From positions 1 to 64,000 of the forward strand of contig MU271387.1 in NCBI GenBank assembly GCA_021432655.1: 64,000 nucleotides of DNA, read 5' to 3'. The DNA is from Atractiella rhizophila (lineage: Eukaryota). Shown piece by piece: positions 63,429 through 64,000 of the stretch. How positions within the stretch are numbered: position 1 is the first letter of the stretch; each line of letters starts with the position of its first letter. A model generated the notes under the pieces. That model was not told the origin of the DNA. It saw only the letters and a list, made by a program, of their open reading frames with translations, and searched no databases. Position numbers and translations under genes: made by a program.

Positions 63429-64000
63429 TTAGGCGCTGTGGAAGCACCTCTCGACAGAATCTGCGTTATTGAAAAAGTAGTTTGGCTATTGTCCATCGTG
63501 TGCATGTTAGACCTAGAAAATTTGGGAGGATGAGGAGAAGAACGCACCATCGTGATGACCTTGAACGCTGAGAAAGCGACAAAGAGGAACAGCTGTCGAC
63601 ACGATATGTGAGCCCAACGATGTATATACTATGGATGTGAAGGCCATACCATGTTCAGGTTGAATCCGGTGTCGAACGCAGCACCGGTCAGATATGCATA
63701 CTTCTTCCACCACTCATATTTGTACCTAATTCCAAAGGTTTAGTTTGATGTCCCACATATCGGAGTGGGAAAGCTGACTTTTTAACGTAGAGATGGTTGA
63801 GGGAACCCAGGACGAAGGTCATGAGGAACCCGGTGGAAATGTTACCGTAGAAATTCTAAAAGGCAACATAAACAAAACATAAAACTATGGAAAAACGAAT
63901 AATTCACCTCCATGGTAGTGCCTATGACGACCAAATGGTATGAATATCAAAAGCGCGGGGGACCATGAAAATCTTACCAAAGATGGCGATATTGACTTTC
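63429..64000 (-). CDS. OPT-family oligopeptide transporter, 3' exons only (not in the ORF track)
   Basis: Spliced by eye: KVNIAIF|GTTME|NFYGNISTGFLMTFVLG...YKYEWWKKYAYLTGAAFDTGFNLNM|LFLFVAFSAFKVITM|PNYFFNNADSVERCFHSA*, a typical OPT C-terminus. Confidence 0.85.

Noticed and set aside
1..64000. CRISPR arrays, rRNA, tRNA and intact transposons
   Set aside because: None recognised by eye in this fungal sequence. Intron-containing tRNAs or small ncRNAs cannot be excluded without tRNAscan-SE or Infernal.

Overview
Gene-dense eukaryotic DNA from a fungus, almost certainly a basidiomycete. Evidence: many ~40-60 nt GT-AG introns, micro-exons, CYP5035- and CYP63-like P450s, and a Tfb6-like protein. 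Pucciniomycotina is plausible but unproven. About 26 protein-coding loci can be read, mostly housekeeping: MRPS8, FAF1-like, HECT E3, TAF6, LIS1/PAC1, GT8, myosin regulatory light chain, TFB6-like, RPA34, SLC41 Mg transporter, AP-1 gamma adaptin, F-box, PER1, C2H2 TF, GH29 fucosidase, a kinase, RPP1 and an OPT fragment. Two loci stand out. (1) 18.4-30.2 kb is a compact candidate terpenoid cluster: a UbiA-superfamily membrane enzyme of the terpene-cyclase type, an intact CYP5035-like P450 and two tandem TRI12-like MFS efflux pumps with conserved promoter blocks. (2) 50.3-52.9 kb is a minimal bacterial/viral-type ATP-dependent DNA ligase carrying two SWIM zinc fingers. Also seen: a near-perfect 1,926-bp tandem duplication (possibly an assembly artefact), a ~1-kb intron with adjacent hairpins, and a 1-bp frameshift in the light-chain gene. 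No rRNA, tRNA, CRISPR array or intact transposon was recognised. Exon structures were read by eye, and family calls come from remembered motifs, not database searches.
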